This document shows, one piece after another, positions 14,001 to 26,059 of a stretch of DNA of 64,000 bases. Origin of the DNA: Octopus sinensis (lineage: Eukaryota); contig NC_043003.1 of the NCBI RefSeq assembly GCF_006345805.1, positions 78,306,001 through 78,370,000 of the forward strand, in the 5' to 3' direction. A program made the position numbers and the translations under genes. Positions within the stretch are counted from its first letter, which is position 1; every line of letters starts with the position of its first letter. Under the pieces are notes generated by a model, which saw only the letters and a list, made by a program, of their open reading frames with translations, was not told the DNA's origin and did no database searches.

Positions 14001-15871
14001 TATTTAAAAATAAGACAAATATAAATAAACAAGAGATTGAGCAGCAACACTGCTAATGACAGTAACTTGGAAAAGTGAATTGGAGAAGAGACTTAGCAAA
14101 GATGTGACTGTCTTCCAGTGCCTGGAGTCTGTATGATCCAATTCCACTGACAAGCTATTGGTGACTTATGAAAGTGGGGTGTGGGAAAAATGTCCAGATG
14201 TTTTCTGAAGACATCTTAGGACCAATCTAAGAATATATGATATAACCACATTACAAATGAAGTAATTTTGAAGAAAAAGGGCTGAGTAACCTAAAGAATA
14301 CCACTATTGTAAAAGTTGAGCACTGGGGTTGTCCTAAGTGACTAGCCTCTTTCCACCAAAGTTAAGCGCTTGTGCTAATATTAGAAAGGATCATTCATTA
14401 TCACCATTTAATGTCAGTTGTCCATACTGACATGGGTATGATAGTTTGACCAGAACTGGAAAACTGGAGAGCTGCATCAGGCTCCAGTCTGATTTGGCAT
14501 GGTTTCTACGGCTGGATGTCCTTCCTAACACCAAGGGTGTGCTGGGTGCTTTTATGTGGCACTGGCATAAGGACTCTTGGAGGTCAATCCTTTCTACCCA
14601 GGAGACAAGACTTAACATGTTTACTGTGGAGTAGAGGTTTTCTTGAGTACAGCATTTTGAGTGTTACTTTAAGAAAACTAAAATGAAAAAAATTCCCGGG
14701 TTCGTAATCTCTATTTTTCTACAGGGATTAACAAAAAATTTAGAAAAAAAAATGAAAATTAAGGCATTCTTTCGTTAAGGTATTAAAAAATTGGGGTAAG
14801 GAGGGGCAACGTGTTTTTTTTTTTTTGGCAAAATCGTAATCTCCTATATCGAAAATATAGGAATCCGAAGAAATTTTGGAAAAACAAACAGAGGCAGTGG
14901 GAGGGTGCATACCGTTTACGTTCACCGAAACAGCTATTATTTTGGGGGATGAACAGCGCAATTAGCATTTACAAGGTAACGGATTCGACCCCATTGTGTA
15001 GGAACTAGGGCAATGTTCTAGATTGGTTGGCTAAAGCATGCCTTGTAAGTGAAATTAGGTAGACAGAAACTACTTGTCCAGCCAGGTCTTTCAATGTATC
15101 CATGCAGATTCCGCCGGAGAATTACGATATGAGATTACACATGTCAGTAGAATAGTCAATCACTTAGACGCTAACGCAATTATTTAGTAGTTCGGTTAAA
15201 GAAACCAACTAAAAATTCATGGTCGGAAATTTTGCGATACACCATCACTGTCATTATTATTATCCTCATAATCAAGGCGGCGAACTGGCGGAATCGTTGG
15301 AGCGTCGGAAGAGACACCGTGCGGTGTATTCATGCTGGCTCTTTACGTTCTGAGCTCAGACCCCGTCGTTGTCAACTTTGCTTTCCATCCTATCGTAATC
15401 GGTAGAAATAAAGTACGAGTCTAGTACTGGAGCCGATTTGATAGACTAAAACCCCTGTACAATGAAAGTTACTGGTCGTGTGCCTAAAATAACAATTATT
15501 ATTGCTTTATTGTTCCAAATAATAACTACAAGTAGTCCCGCCAATTTTGGCCTTTGTCATCAACCATCGACCATAAATATTTTATTCTCTATTTCGTCTG
15601 TTTATAAATTGTAATTTGCTATAAATTTTGTGGCCGAAATAAATAAACTGATTTTTAAAAAAAATGAAAATAAGAGTTTTAAAGTAAAACTAAGTTTCAT
15701 AGAATTTAGTGAAAAAGTAAATTTACACACTGCAAATAGCAATCTAATAATAATAAATATTGAGTTACCTTCTGCTATATAAGATTTATTTTCTTTTTTA
15801 GATTTTTTCGGCGAGATAGTTTCAGTGGAAGTTTTCTCAGGAAGACGTTTCCCATTGACTTGATCAGCCAT
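835..15871 (-). CDS. USP39: USP39 / Sad1 (U4/U6.U5 tri-snRNP-associated protein 2), 3'-partial; exons 15871-15769, 13738-13693, 11907-11813, 10239-10103, 7937-7841, 5471-5416, 4990-4765, 3459-3314, 880-835
   Basis: Spliced translation gives CPYLDTINRSVLDFDFEKLCSVSLSHINVYACLVCGKYFQGRG (ZnF-UBP), FYCLPDNYEIIDSSLEDI, SRAYDGTTYLPGIVGLNNIKANDYCNVILQ (Asp at the catalytic-Cys position, typical of USP39) and LWNPQNFKAHVSPHEMLQAV. All introns GT-AG with matching phases; 952 nt coding in window. Confidence 0.97.
3314..3459 (-). CDS. USP39: USP39 exon (DAVYFMSWFLNALH...VPPLDL)
   Basis: ttctag| ... |gtaagt. Confidence 0.96.
4765..4990 (-). CDS. USP39: USP39 exon (ALSHVPPLRNYF...KFQITEQG)
   Basis: ttttag| ... 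G|gttagt; the real frame differs from the listed ORFs. Confidence 0.97.
5416..5471 (-). CDS. USP39: USP39 exon (IVGLNNIKANDYCNVILQ)
   Basis: acctag| ... CAG|gtaagg; degenerate Cys box; absent from the ORF track. Confidence 0.96.
5606..7308 (-). mobile_element. Decayed hAT (Buster/Charlie, ZBED5/8-like) transposon, interrupted by an RTE LINE
   Basis: Frame-broken translation KYDPAYIKYGF...PQCVVC...MKPNLLKR, KASYEVA...HAIAESLILPAAK, FAIQLDKSTDV; after the LINE it resumes GKDIF...GCTTDGTPSMLGRKSGF...HCFIHR. TIR-like TAGTGGCTCCCAACCTG at 7308; the 5606 boundary is uncertain. Confidence 0.85.
5943..6386 (-). mobile_element. 5'-truncated RTE-type LINE with (TGA)n tail
   Basis: IFKATVESILLYGSEIWTL...RRLDGTYTRLL...FAGHC...DREVWR; 10-bp direct repeat AAGCAGACAT at 5934-5943 and 6387-6396. 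Confidence 0.85.
7841..7937 (-). CDS. USP39: USP39 exon (YVLNPTF...DGTTYLPG)
   Basis: ccacag| ... G|gtaaat. Confidence 0.96.
8168..8406. repeat. Long near-perfect inverted repeat (114-bp arms, 11-nt loop)
   Basis: Arms 8168-8281 and 8293-8406; 6 mismatches by manual alignment. Confidence 0.95.
8428..8724 (+). mobile_element. tRNA-derived SINE in a (TA)n tract
   Basis: A box GGCCCAGTGGTTAGG and B box GGTTTCGATTCCC, then unrelated body; flanked by (TA)n. Confidence 0.75.
10103..10239 (-). CDS. USP39: USP39 exon (RGTKSHAYTHS...SSLEDII)
   Basis: cattag| ... |gtaagt. Confidence 0.97.
11813..11907 (-). CDS. USP39: USP39 exon (SVLDFDFEKLC...CGKYFQG)
   Basis: ttgcag| ... G|gtaggt; ZnF-UBP motif. 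Confidence 0.97.
13693..13738 (-). CDS. USP39: USP39 exon (DSDRSRSCPYLDTINR)
   Basis: ttcaccag| ... AG|gtaagc; conserved CPYLDTINR. Confidence 0.93.
15769..15871 (-). CDS. USP39: USP39 first coding exon (MADQVNGKRL...SYIAE)
   Basis: ATG at 15871-15869, donor G|gtaact; phase 1 joins the next exon in frame. Sequence is poorly conserved, so the start is inferred. Confidence 0.75.
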
Positions 15872-17319
15872 ATTTACCACAAAGTGGAATAAAAGTCATG
15901 ATCGTGTTGTTATTGCAACACACAAATATAAGAGTAAATTATGATAACAAATTAAATGTAGCATGCCTCAATATAAAATAAAATGCAAAAAAAAAAAGAA
16001 ATAGAATTTTCAATATAAAATTTAAATGAACTAAAGTTTTAAATCTGTTAAGACTAACTCACAGTGTCGCTAATCCAATACATTTTGGTTTACGGTAAAA
16101 CGGTGTCGTTTATTTTAATTCGTGTTTTGGCGGTGTAATGTTTGTTAATTAACATTGATAAGGTTTATCTTTAATTGGACAAGCAAGCCTAACTTGGAAG
16201 ATAGTTTACGGAACAGTAGCAAATCCCAAACCGAAGTCTTTGGCGATGCAACAGTTTTTATTAGTGAAATAAGTCACGACAATATTTGGGTACTTGGAAG
16301 TGAAACTTGGTGACGTTAGTTTTGTTGATAGTCAAGTTAGTAGTATACTTGTGCCTCTTCTTAGTGGTGGTTAGTAAAGGATTGTCGCTGCCAATGCAGT
16401 TGTTGACAGTGTCTGTACCTGATCGGTGGTTTTAATGTATCTATTTTAAACAATAATACATACGTCCCTTACCCACTTAATAAGGGATTTTAAAAATGGA
16501 ATTGATTACCTCTACTTACCCTACTCAGTTTCATAACTTGGCTAACCATGACCATCAATACGATCATCACTAATAACCACCATCACAAGCAATAACAATA
16601 TCACAATTGTGATAAAAAAAAAAAGATAAAAAGACGAACTAAGTGGAAATTTTACCGGTGAGTGGGTTAAATAATAAGGTACTAAAAGAGAATGACTCTC
16701 CCCAGACACAACAGAATATGCTTCAACACACGAACTCATATAAAGAATCTTGCAAACCAAATCCAAAAACGAAAGATCACAATCATCAACAACAATACCA
16801 ATGCCACAACTAAGACAGCACCATGGCAGTATTCTGCTTTAAACACCGCATATAACCCCTCATAACATTTTTTTTTTTTTTGAATTTTCAGAACATTTTT
16901 GCGAATTTGTGTTCTTACACACGGGAATTCACACATCTATGAAAAAAAAATGTTTATAGGGAGAAAGATATTGAAAAACATCAATCACTAGAATGACAAA
17001 CAAACGAGGAGGGTATATGGTGGTCGTGAGATGTGTTAAAAATAACAGCTAAATAGCCCTTAAATCATACCATTTTTTTTTTTTTTGCTTTTGCGTAATC
17101 GTATCAATTTTCGTGAGTGTAGAACACAACTTCACAAGAATTTTCTGAATTCCAAAAAATTAAGTTATGAGGGGAATTCCTCATCAAGGAGGAGCAGTGA
17201 CGATTAAAAAAGTGGGCGACAAATTGCTATGTTCAATAAAATTAAAATGGTTCTAAAATTATTCAACACCTTGGCTAAGAAAGAATTATGTTGATGCAAA
17301 CTATATTTTATCTTCTCAT

Positions 17320-17525
17320 TACTAGAAAAGGGGAGAAGGGTAGTGATCCATGCATTGGAAAGATCTAGAAATAGCAGTCAAATTTTCAAATAATATTCAA
17401 TTGTCTTCATTGTAAGGACACATTATATAATGTTAGTCCCTGATAGATGGGATGGTAATGGCTGGGATGCCTTGAATCATAGGTCTCTTCGATCAGAGCT
17501 GACCTGGGGTTAAACAACAACAGCT
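17320..17525 (+). repeat. Old interspersed family E (CTGCTAGAAATAGCAGCCAAAT...GATCATAGG...GGGGTTAAACAAC)
   Basis: Diverged copies about 3770-4020, 13050-13160, 13500-13630, 18050-18220, 19185-19340, 20960-21420, 22340-22500, 38090-38260, 44120-44200; class unknown. Confidence 0.6.
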
Positions 17526-17589
17526 ATATGCTAATAATCTAAAAATAGCAACCAAATGTCTCAAATGACATCATCTAATAAAATATCTT

Positions 17590-17985
17590 AGGCGTGGCTG
17601 TGTGGTAAGTAGCTTGCTTACCAACCACATGGTTCCGGGTTCAGTCCCACTGCATGGCATCTTGAGCAAGTGTCTTCTGCTATAGCCTCGGGCCAACCAA
17701 TGCCTTGTGAGTGGATTTGGTAGACGGAAACTGACTGAAAGAAGCCTGTCGGATATATGTATATATATATATATGTATGGTTGTGTGTCTGTGTTTGTCC
17801 CCCTAGCATTGCTTGACAACCGATGCTGGTGTGTTTATGTCCCCGCCACTTAGCGGTTCGGCAAAAGGAGACCGATAGAATAAGTACTGGGCTTACAAAG
17901 AATAAGTCCCGGGTTCGAGTTGCTCGATTAAAGGCGGTGCTCCAGCATGGCCGCAGTCAGATGACTGAAACAAGTAAAAGAGTAA
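17590..17985 (+). mobile_element. SINE family A, tRNA-head (GGCTGTGTGGTAAG...GACTGAAACAAGTAAAAGAG); representative full copy
   Basis: Related copies about 10500-10830(-), 12500-12850(+), 28650-28995(+), 29640-30020(+), 33520-33925(+), 36205-36590(-), 48410-48580(+), 49070-49215(+), 49645-49815(+), 52270-52632(-), 57590-57970(-), 58050-58460(-), 59550-59966(-); internal (TA)/(TG) microsatellite. Confidence 0.85.
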
Positions 17986-18249
17986 TGTGGTCTTTGGTTG
18001 GAATGTCTTTGATCATTGATTTTCTCAAAGTTAAATAATAGCAACAGAAAGGGGAACCGCTAAGTGGTCGCTTCCCATGCTAAAAGAGCAGTCACTCGTC
18101 CCTCAAATCACACCTCTAATGTGGTCCTAGATACACTGTATCTGAATAGAGGATAGGACAGTCATGGAAGGAACGCCTTAGTTCATAGGCTTAACCTGTG
18201 ACTACGAGTAAATAACACTAGAGATGTGCCAATGAGGAGGCCTCTACAT

Positions 18250-19166
18250 CAGTGGTTCTCAATCAGTGGCGACTCATGTATAGGGACTGTAGCTCCCCCT
18301 GTTTCCACTCGATATTATTGATAATATTCAATATAATGAGTCCTTTTTCTTTAATTCTTTACATAATCGTTAAGCTTATATCAGTAGCCATCCCCTAGTT
18401 TACGAAAAAAAAAATACAAAAATCCTTGTATAGAACTGTGCGCTTCGGAGTTCTAGCGACGCGGTGTTTGGCTGTTGTGCGCATGCTCACATGTCCGAGA
18501 TAGGAAGCTTCACGCAAGGGAGAGAGACCACTGCGTGAATGACTGCTGGGTGAAAGGTAGTTTTTCTTTTAGACTCTGAGTGTGTTGTGCTTTAAAATGT
18601 GCTTATATTCTTGAATGTGATAAAGTGTAGAGTTAGATTATTATCCTGCTTCCAGCTTCAATGTTGCTGCCAGGATTTGAAAAATAGGGCATATTCCCCA
18701 CCCCTTATTTTGTGATATAGGGGATATTTTGAAAAGCAAGGGGGAATTCGCGGCGGTGTTCAGTGAACAAATTAAACACATTACCCGGCAGTGACTGAAA
18801 CGCGAACCGATCAAGTTCATGTATAAATTTTCTTTTTATATGTTTGTTTCCTTTTACACAATATTAAAACAACAGCTAAAAATTTTCTGAAGCAGCACCC
18901 CGACTAATTTTCTCTACGAGCCGCCACTGTTCTCAACCAATTTTTACTTTTGGACCCCAATGATTCCTACTTTACTTGAACGAATCGTTGTGGGTCATTC
19001 GATGATTAAAAAAAAAATCCTGATATATTTTTATAATTAAATATGAGGAATTGTACAAAAAAGAATTAACATATTTTCTGTATCGTAACTAATTTGTAGC
19101 ATACAAACAGCAAAATCTTATATGAACATCTAAGAGTCATATATGGACCCCGGTTGACAAGAACTG
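18250..19166. mobile_element. hAT MITE with a second hAT-like element (18264-18929) nested in its left TIR
   Basis: Outer TSD ctctacat/ttctacat; inner TIRs CAGTGGCGACTC / GAGCCGCCACTG; inner TSD ttctcaat/ttctcaac. Confidence 0.85.
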
Positions 19167-21857
19167 TTCTACATAATTACCCACTCTGCTAGAAATAGCA
19201 GTTAAATCTCCCTCATATCACACTCGACGTCTTAAAAAAAAAAGGACACACTGGATAATGTAGTCCTAGATACACAGTGTCTATGTAGAAGATGGATTGG
19301 TTAAAGTTGCAATACCTTTGATCATAAATCTGTTCGACCGAGGATCATCTGGAATTAAACATCACCAAAAAGTGGATTGTTTGCCAGTGTCATTTGTTCT
19401 TGAACCCACTGGAAACGCCAGTCAGATGACACTTTGTTCGACAGAAGACGACGAAATGCGTATTATTTTCCCATTTTTTAAAACGGAAATTGTAATTCGA
19501 ACAAATAAATAAATAGAAAAGACACACAGAAAGAAAGGAAGGGAGAAAAAAGAGAGAATTTCGGTTCGTGAACTTGCCTCCTGTATTCGCCAGTTGAAAT
19601 GAAAATATTCGGTTTTTTGCTCTCCTCATTTATTTCTAATTCACTTATTAATGACTCGTGCATTAAGTATGTTAATACTCCTTCACACCTCCCATTTCCG
19701 ACTTTTTTCCCCCAAAATTTCTTCAGATCTCTGTGTTTTCGATATAGGAGAATACGATGATACCCCCAAATCACGTTTTCAAAATTTTAATTTCACCCCT
19801 CCCTACCCCAATTTATTAATTTTTAACTTTTTTTCAATTTTTTTTTTATCCACGAAGAAAAATATAGAGATTACAAATCTGGGAATTTTTTTAAAAGAAA
19901 CACTCAATGCTCCTCCCTCATCTTCGCCTGTTAATACTAAACTTAAAGGTACGTTTGGTCCTCTCTTTTAACACAGTAAATAAACAAACACTTTCACTGA
20001 AAGTTTAAGAAGTTAAAATCCATTCAATCACCACAGAAATATATGCGTTTTTGTAAAAACAATAAATGAAGAAATCGTTGGAGAAAAAAGTTCCTCCTGA
20101 TCAAAGATGACTTTCGATTAATTTGAAAGAAAAGAATGATTCTTATTATCAATTAAATTCAGTTTTAACAAATTTAATAATTGCTCAAGGGACGTAACTC
20201 TATAATACAAAAGTATATGTAGGGTTTTCCTTGTTTTCTTGATTTCCTGGCTCATTGGCGCAGTTCGCACGGAAAATTAAAATATTGAGAAATATTGTCT
20301 ATCTTGTTTTATAAATTACACTTAACACAACAAAATTGTGAATAACATGTTTTTCGAGATATTCAATCATTTTATAAAAGTGTTATAAAGCTGAGTGGGT
20401 ACAGCATGGAATTGGCTGCTTCGTGATGTTTATTCCGTCTGCTCTCTGATTTCCAATCTGGACAAGGTCATCTTAGCCTTTCATCCTTTGGACGTCGATT
20501 AAAAAATATATATATATATCAATCTACTGCGGTGGATTGGTAAACAGAGCTGTTAGAACGTCGTGTGATAATTCTACCAGCTCCTAAGGTGGCGAGCTGG
20601 CAGAATTGTTAGCACGCCATACAAAATGCTTAGCAGCATTTCGTCTGTCCTTACATTCTGAGTTCAAAGGATCCGACAGATTTTTTAATTAATTTTTTTT
20701 TTAACTAAATACTTTGAAACTTCAGATACTGGTAGAATGTGTTACATAGAACAGGGTTTACTCTTAACGTTTTTGACAATTTTTTTTTTATTTTAGAAGT
20801 TAATTCATGCTAAAGTTGTTGTATTTCGGTAATTTTAACCAATCAATGACGTGTATTCAGCTGAAGAAAATTACTGCTGCTGTTTGCGAACAACAACTTC
20901 CGGGTTCACCCCCCTAACAAAACCCTTCTTTAATAACCAGAGATATTTTTATAGCAATAAAGGTTGTGGTTGCATGACCTGCTGGAAAAAGTAGCCAAAC
21001 TTTTTTTATATACAGAATAGAAAAACCTCTATCCTGTGATGTACACGTAGAGTTCATTATGTCTGGGAAGAAAGACGGAATACTCTCAGTTAGGACGTCT
21101 TTGATTATATCTGTTCAATCGGATCCAACTCGGGACTAAACAACAAGTGACAAAGAGAACGAGACGAGGCAACGAGAGAGCCTTTATCTGGTCGCTCAAG
21201 TTGCTAGAAAGAGCAACCAAATCTTCCTGACCAAAAAAAAAAAAAAAAAAAAACTGAAATTTCCGTCTTCAAGAAATAAAAAACTCAAGTTTATATCATT
21301 TTATAATGTTCGCTTAGGAATTCATTACTTCTAGAAAAGAATAAGACAAAATGGTTATGGTTGGAACGTCTTTTCTCGCAGATCCATTACAATCAGAGCT
21401 ATCCCGTGGTTAAAACAATGTTCTTCACTGAATGGTGAAGCAGCTAAAGTTAAAGAAGAAAAGTTGAAAGAATAAAAGATAGCAAGTATCCATATTCCAA
21501 ATATTGGGATTCCCTTATAAAATAATATAATCTTTTATTATTTTTTCTTTTCTTGAAGACGGAAATTTCATTTTTCTTTTTGTCAGCTTAAAGCTACCAC
21601 TTTTCATCTAGTTTACTTCGGTGTGGGATTCCTGAAACAGCCTTTTCATCCAGCACGTTGTACCAACGAAGAGGTTAGATATTGGAATCAGTTTTGTTGG
21701 AAGGGAGAAATTTAATGGTGGATAGTGTTGCTCAGTGAGTGGTTTGAAATTTGAAAGTAAGTAATTGGTTTCACACGCATGATGTACGTCAGTGGATCCC
21801 TTAGGTTCCCATTTTACTCGGATAGAACCTCATAGCCATTTGATGTATATATATATA

Positions 21858-22153
21858 TCTTTATATATAAAAGTCAAGTTGTGTGTCTGTCTCCTACGAT
21901 TTAGATTCCTAACTACTCCCACATTTTGCGGTGCAGTTTAACCCAAACCGGGTATCTTATAGTCGTGATTCATATCGAGCCCTTCTGGGTATTAGCGCGC
22001 GTCTACGATGAGTCTACGATAAAAAAAAAATTTACCATAATTTTTTTCCCATTTTTAATGCATTTTTTTGCTAATTTTTGGCTATAACTCTCTAAAAATG
22101 CTTATATAGTTATTTCCCTTACAAACCCGAGCAACGCCGGGCGATACTGCTAG
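21858..22153 (+). mobile_element. Non-autonomous Helitron
   Basis: 5' TC (A|TCTTTATATATAAAAG), subterminal hairpin CCCGAGCAACGCCGGG, 3' CTAG|T, inserted at an AT site with no TSD. Confidence 0.85.
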
Positions 22154-23214
22154 TATATATATAAAAAAAAGATCCTACTGTATTTTTATAATTAAATATT
22201 TTTAGTAATTGTATAAAAAAAATTAAAATATTTTGTGGATTGTAGAAATATAAGCAATTTATTGCACATAAATTTAAAAATATCCTATGGACTCCCAAGC
22301 GCCATGTGGGCTCCAGTTGAAAATCACTACGTGATTGTTGAACCTGCTAGAAATAGAAACTAATTCCTTTTAATATCGCACAGGCGTCTCAGAAAATGGA
22401 GGGAAATATTGGACAAGCACTGTTTGAACAAAGTATGGCATGGTAATAGAAGGAATGTTTTTAGTCTTGTATGCTGGATTAAGGCTGATCTAAGACTAAA
22501 CGATGTTGCAGGAAGCATCAGCTACGACGACAACGCCATACATTTGTATTTGTATAAAGAAAAGACAAAGGCAATTCCTATTATCTCCCTTGCATTGAAT
22601 AACTGAATCTACTTAGCAACTTCTACTTTAAAGGTTTGAGCTACCCAACAAATTCAGCATCATCGTTAACCCATTAAGACACAGTATCCTAAAATTGGAC
22701 AGACACAAAGTAATACAATACCAAGTATTTATTTTAATTTCACTTTCCACTAGTTTCTAACTTTCATGGATCAAAATATAATCATTCTTTCGTCATTTTT
22801 TCTTTCATACTGATTGTTTTGTTTTTTTTAATTGTAGTGTGAAAATTAATTTTCATGTATAACTGGTTTAAAACTTGATTTCAATCCTGCAAGCTGAATA
22901 CAACTTTGATAAAGACTAGCCTTTTCTCAAGCCTGTAAATTAATTTACAAATGAACGTCTTGAAATTATCTCCCCCTTTCTTTGAGAGTTACCACCAGTT
23001 GACGATTGATTTTTTTTTCCTCTTTCAAATTTCTTACCTTTTTCTTTTTCAGTCGTTGGATTGTAGCAATGAATGAGGCACTGCCTTAAAGCATCTAATT
23101 GAACAATTTGACTTCAATACTTACATTTCAAGTCTGATATTTTTCTAGCGATCTCATTTGCCGAACAGCTAAGTTACGGGTACATAAACACACACACACA
23201 CATGCATGCACTCA

Positions 23215-23262
<48 letters not shown>

Positions 23263-23983
23263 TGCATGTATGTATAAATAGATAGATAGTACTGATCATC
23301 ACTGGTAACGTCTATATCAATAGTAGTACAAACCAGGGTATGGAGTATGCTAGATTTGATAGAGTGCAGATCAGGTAGAACTTAACACATGCTGCAATGA
23401 TGCAATGCATACACTACCGTGTACCAGGCAAGGATTGGTCTCTTGGTCATTAGAAATAAATGAGAAAAGAAGAAATAAAAAACAAAAACAAGAATACCTA
23501 CCATTGATGATGCTGACGAATTTGTGGTCTGTTTTTTAGATAATGAAGTCAAAATGTAAATATTTTTCTGTCACTTTCAATAATGATGATTCAGTTTTTT
23601 TGAACAAATGAATTATTTCCTCATTAAATGTAATTCTCAGGCAGAAATGAAGTGACAAAGCTGTACCTTTGAATTACATGTGAAATCTAACTGATAGGCT
23701 TCTGTGCAGTTCCCATCTAACCAATTTAAATAATAAGGCATGGGTTGACTTGAGGCAATGGTTAGAGAAAGAGTTGACCACAATTCCAAGCTCTGGAATC
23801 AAATCCAATATCTTATGGTTGTGAAGCAAACTAACCATTTGGCCTTACCGTGTCCACACTAAGCAACTACACTAACATGGTTTTACATAGTTAAAGAAGT
23901 GAATTTAAATTCTAAAAAGCAGGATAATGCTAATAATATAACCTGAACAGGATAAGTTACCCCTCTTTTGCAGAAAAAAGTGT

Positions 23984-24063
23984 TGGTGGCCAGATATGGG
24001 ACCTGAACTCACACCTCCATGATTACGCGTAGCGGTGCTCTGAACCATTAAGCTAAACTGCCC
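23984..24063 (-). pseudogene. Degenerate tRNA-like sequence (possibly Thr-CGT-derived) ending in CCA
   Basis: GGGCAGTTTAGCTTAATGGTTCAGAGC...CGCGTAA...GAGTTCAGGTCCC...TGGCCACCA; A/B boxes visible, stems poorly paired. Confidence 0.5.
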
Positions 24064-25659
24064 ACACCACAAATTCTTCTGCAAATTTAAGATATATAGA
24101 AATCTTGCTTTATGAGATGCTAAATTATGTTAAATTCAAAGAAATCAATAAAGGGTCAACAGTCTGACTCCTTTAACTTACACCATAATATATTTTTGGG
24201 ATTGAATTCAATGAAGGAGATACATATTAAAAAGATCTGTCAAATCTTTCTCAAATCACACTGTACACTTTTAAAAATGAAAGACACTCTTGATCAGCGG
24301 TTCTCAGCCAGAGTTCATATGATCTCTGGGGGTCCATATAAGATTATTTGTGGGTCCACATCATCATTATTGTTTAACGTCCGTTTTCCATGCTAGCATA
24401 GGTTGGACGGTTCGGCCAGGGTCTGGGAAGCCAGGAGGCTGCACCAGGCTCCAGTCTAATCTGGTAGTGTTTCTACAGCTGGATACCCTTCCTAACGCCA
24501 AACACTCTATGAGAATAGTGAGTGATTTTTACGTGCCATTGGCTCAGGGATCAGGGGAGGCTGGCAACAGCCACGATCGGGTGGTTTTTTATGTGCCAGT
24601 CAAGGTGGTGCTGGCATTGGCCACATAAGTAAAAAATAGCAATTTGGGGATCCACAGTTGTATGTTAAGGGTCTATGAAAAAAATTTGCTTTAGATGTAT
24701 TTATTATCAGAAACAGCTAGATTTCTTTCTCTAATGTTTTACGTAGTTCAACCTACACAAATGAATGTGTGAAAAACAAAATAGGAAATTTGAAAGAAAT
24801 ATCAATAAAATTTGTTTTTAAACTCCAAGTGGTGATGGGGTCCACCAGAGTAATCACTGCTCTAGATAATGTACTCCCAGATTGCTATAACATATGCCTT
24901 GAAAAAATGTATTGACAATGATGGTGGTGGTGGCTGCTGCTGCTGTTGTTTCTGTCTAGTACCTATTGATCTCAGAACTGGTATGGTGTGATGCATTATG
25001 GCATAACAAGGAGCACAACTGAAAACAAGTGCCTTTTAAACTATTGTTAACATAAACATGCAGACACACACACACACTGAATATTTATAATGGGCTTCTG
25101 CACAATTTCAGCTGACAAAGAACAGACAAAGGGATTAAGTTGATTACATTGACCCCAGTGCATGACTGGTACTTAATTTATCGACCCAAAAAGGATGAAA
25201 GCCAAAGTTGACCTCGGCAGAATTTTGAACTCAGAATGTAACAGCAGCTGAAATACCGCTAAGCATTTCGCCTGGTGTGCTAACGTTTCTGCCAGCTCGC
25301 TGCCATTTTCTTGAGTCAGCCTGGAATTGTGTCAACTAATTTCACCAGAAACTGTAATGGGATGGAAGACATATAGCTTCTTGTATTCACCCTTTAAGTT
25401 CTTCTGGAGTCTGGTTTGGTACAATACACTTGTTCCTTTAACCAACCCCAAAGAAAGAAAGACTCCTGGCTGGCCACTCATGTGGACCACAAAGCCCCAT
25501 CCATCTCCCAGAGAAATGAGCATTCATCCATTCATGATGAAGAGCTATGTGGCTGCAGGTTAAATTTGCATATCCAAAAAACAAACAAAAATTTTGAGAA
25601 AAAAATTACAATTTATAAATAATTTATAAGTATTTTAAAATAGGGAGTTACTTTTCAAT

Positions 25660-26012
25660 CACCCTGTGTGTTGCTGCTGCTGAGACCCCCTTTGGTCATG
25701 ACTGATCATGGGATTGCACCTAGAAAGTTAGCCTCCCAGGCACAAGTCCCGGCAAGGTTGTTTATGGAAGACCAGCTTATTTATGCATACCAGCTTCCCC
25801 TCTCCACACCACCAGTGTTATTCAAGGAAAAGACAAAGGCCGATACAGCTTGGTACTAGTGACGTCGCAATTCATTTCTACAGCTGAGTGAACTGGTGCA
25901 AAATGAAATAAGGTGTCTTGCTCAAGAACTCAACATGCCACCTGGTCCAGGATTTGAACTCACAACCTCACAATCATAAGCTTGACGCTCTAACCACTGA
26001 GCCATGTGCCTT
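25660..26012 (-). mobile_element. SINE family D, tRNA-head; second partial copy about 27320-27560
   Basis: Reverse strand GGCTCAGTGGTTAGAGC...GAGTTCAAATCC then TTGAGCAAGACAC; body shared with 27320-27560. Confidence 0.75.
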
Positions 26013-26059
26013 CACCCTGTGTGTGCATGTGTATGTATATATATATGTGTGTGTGTGTG

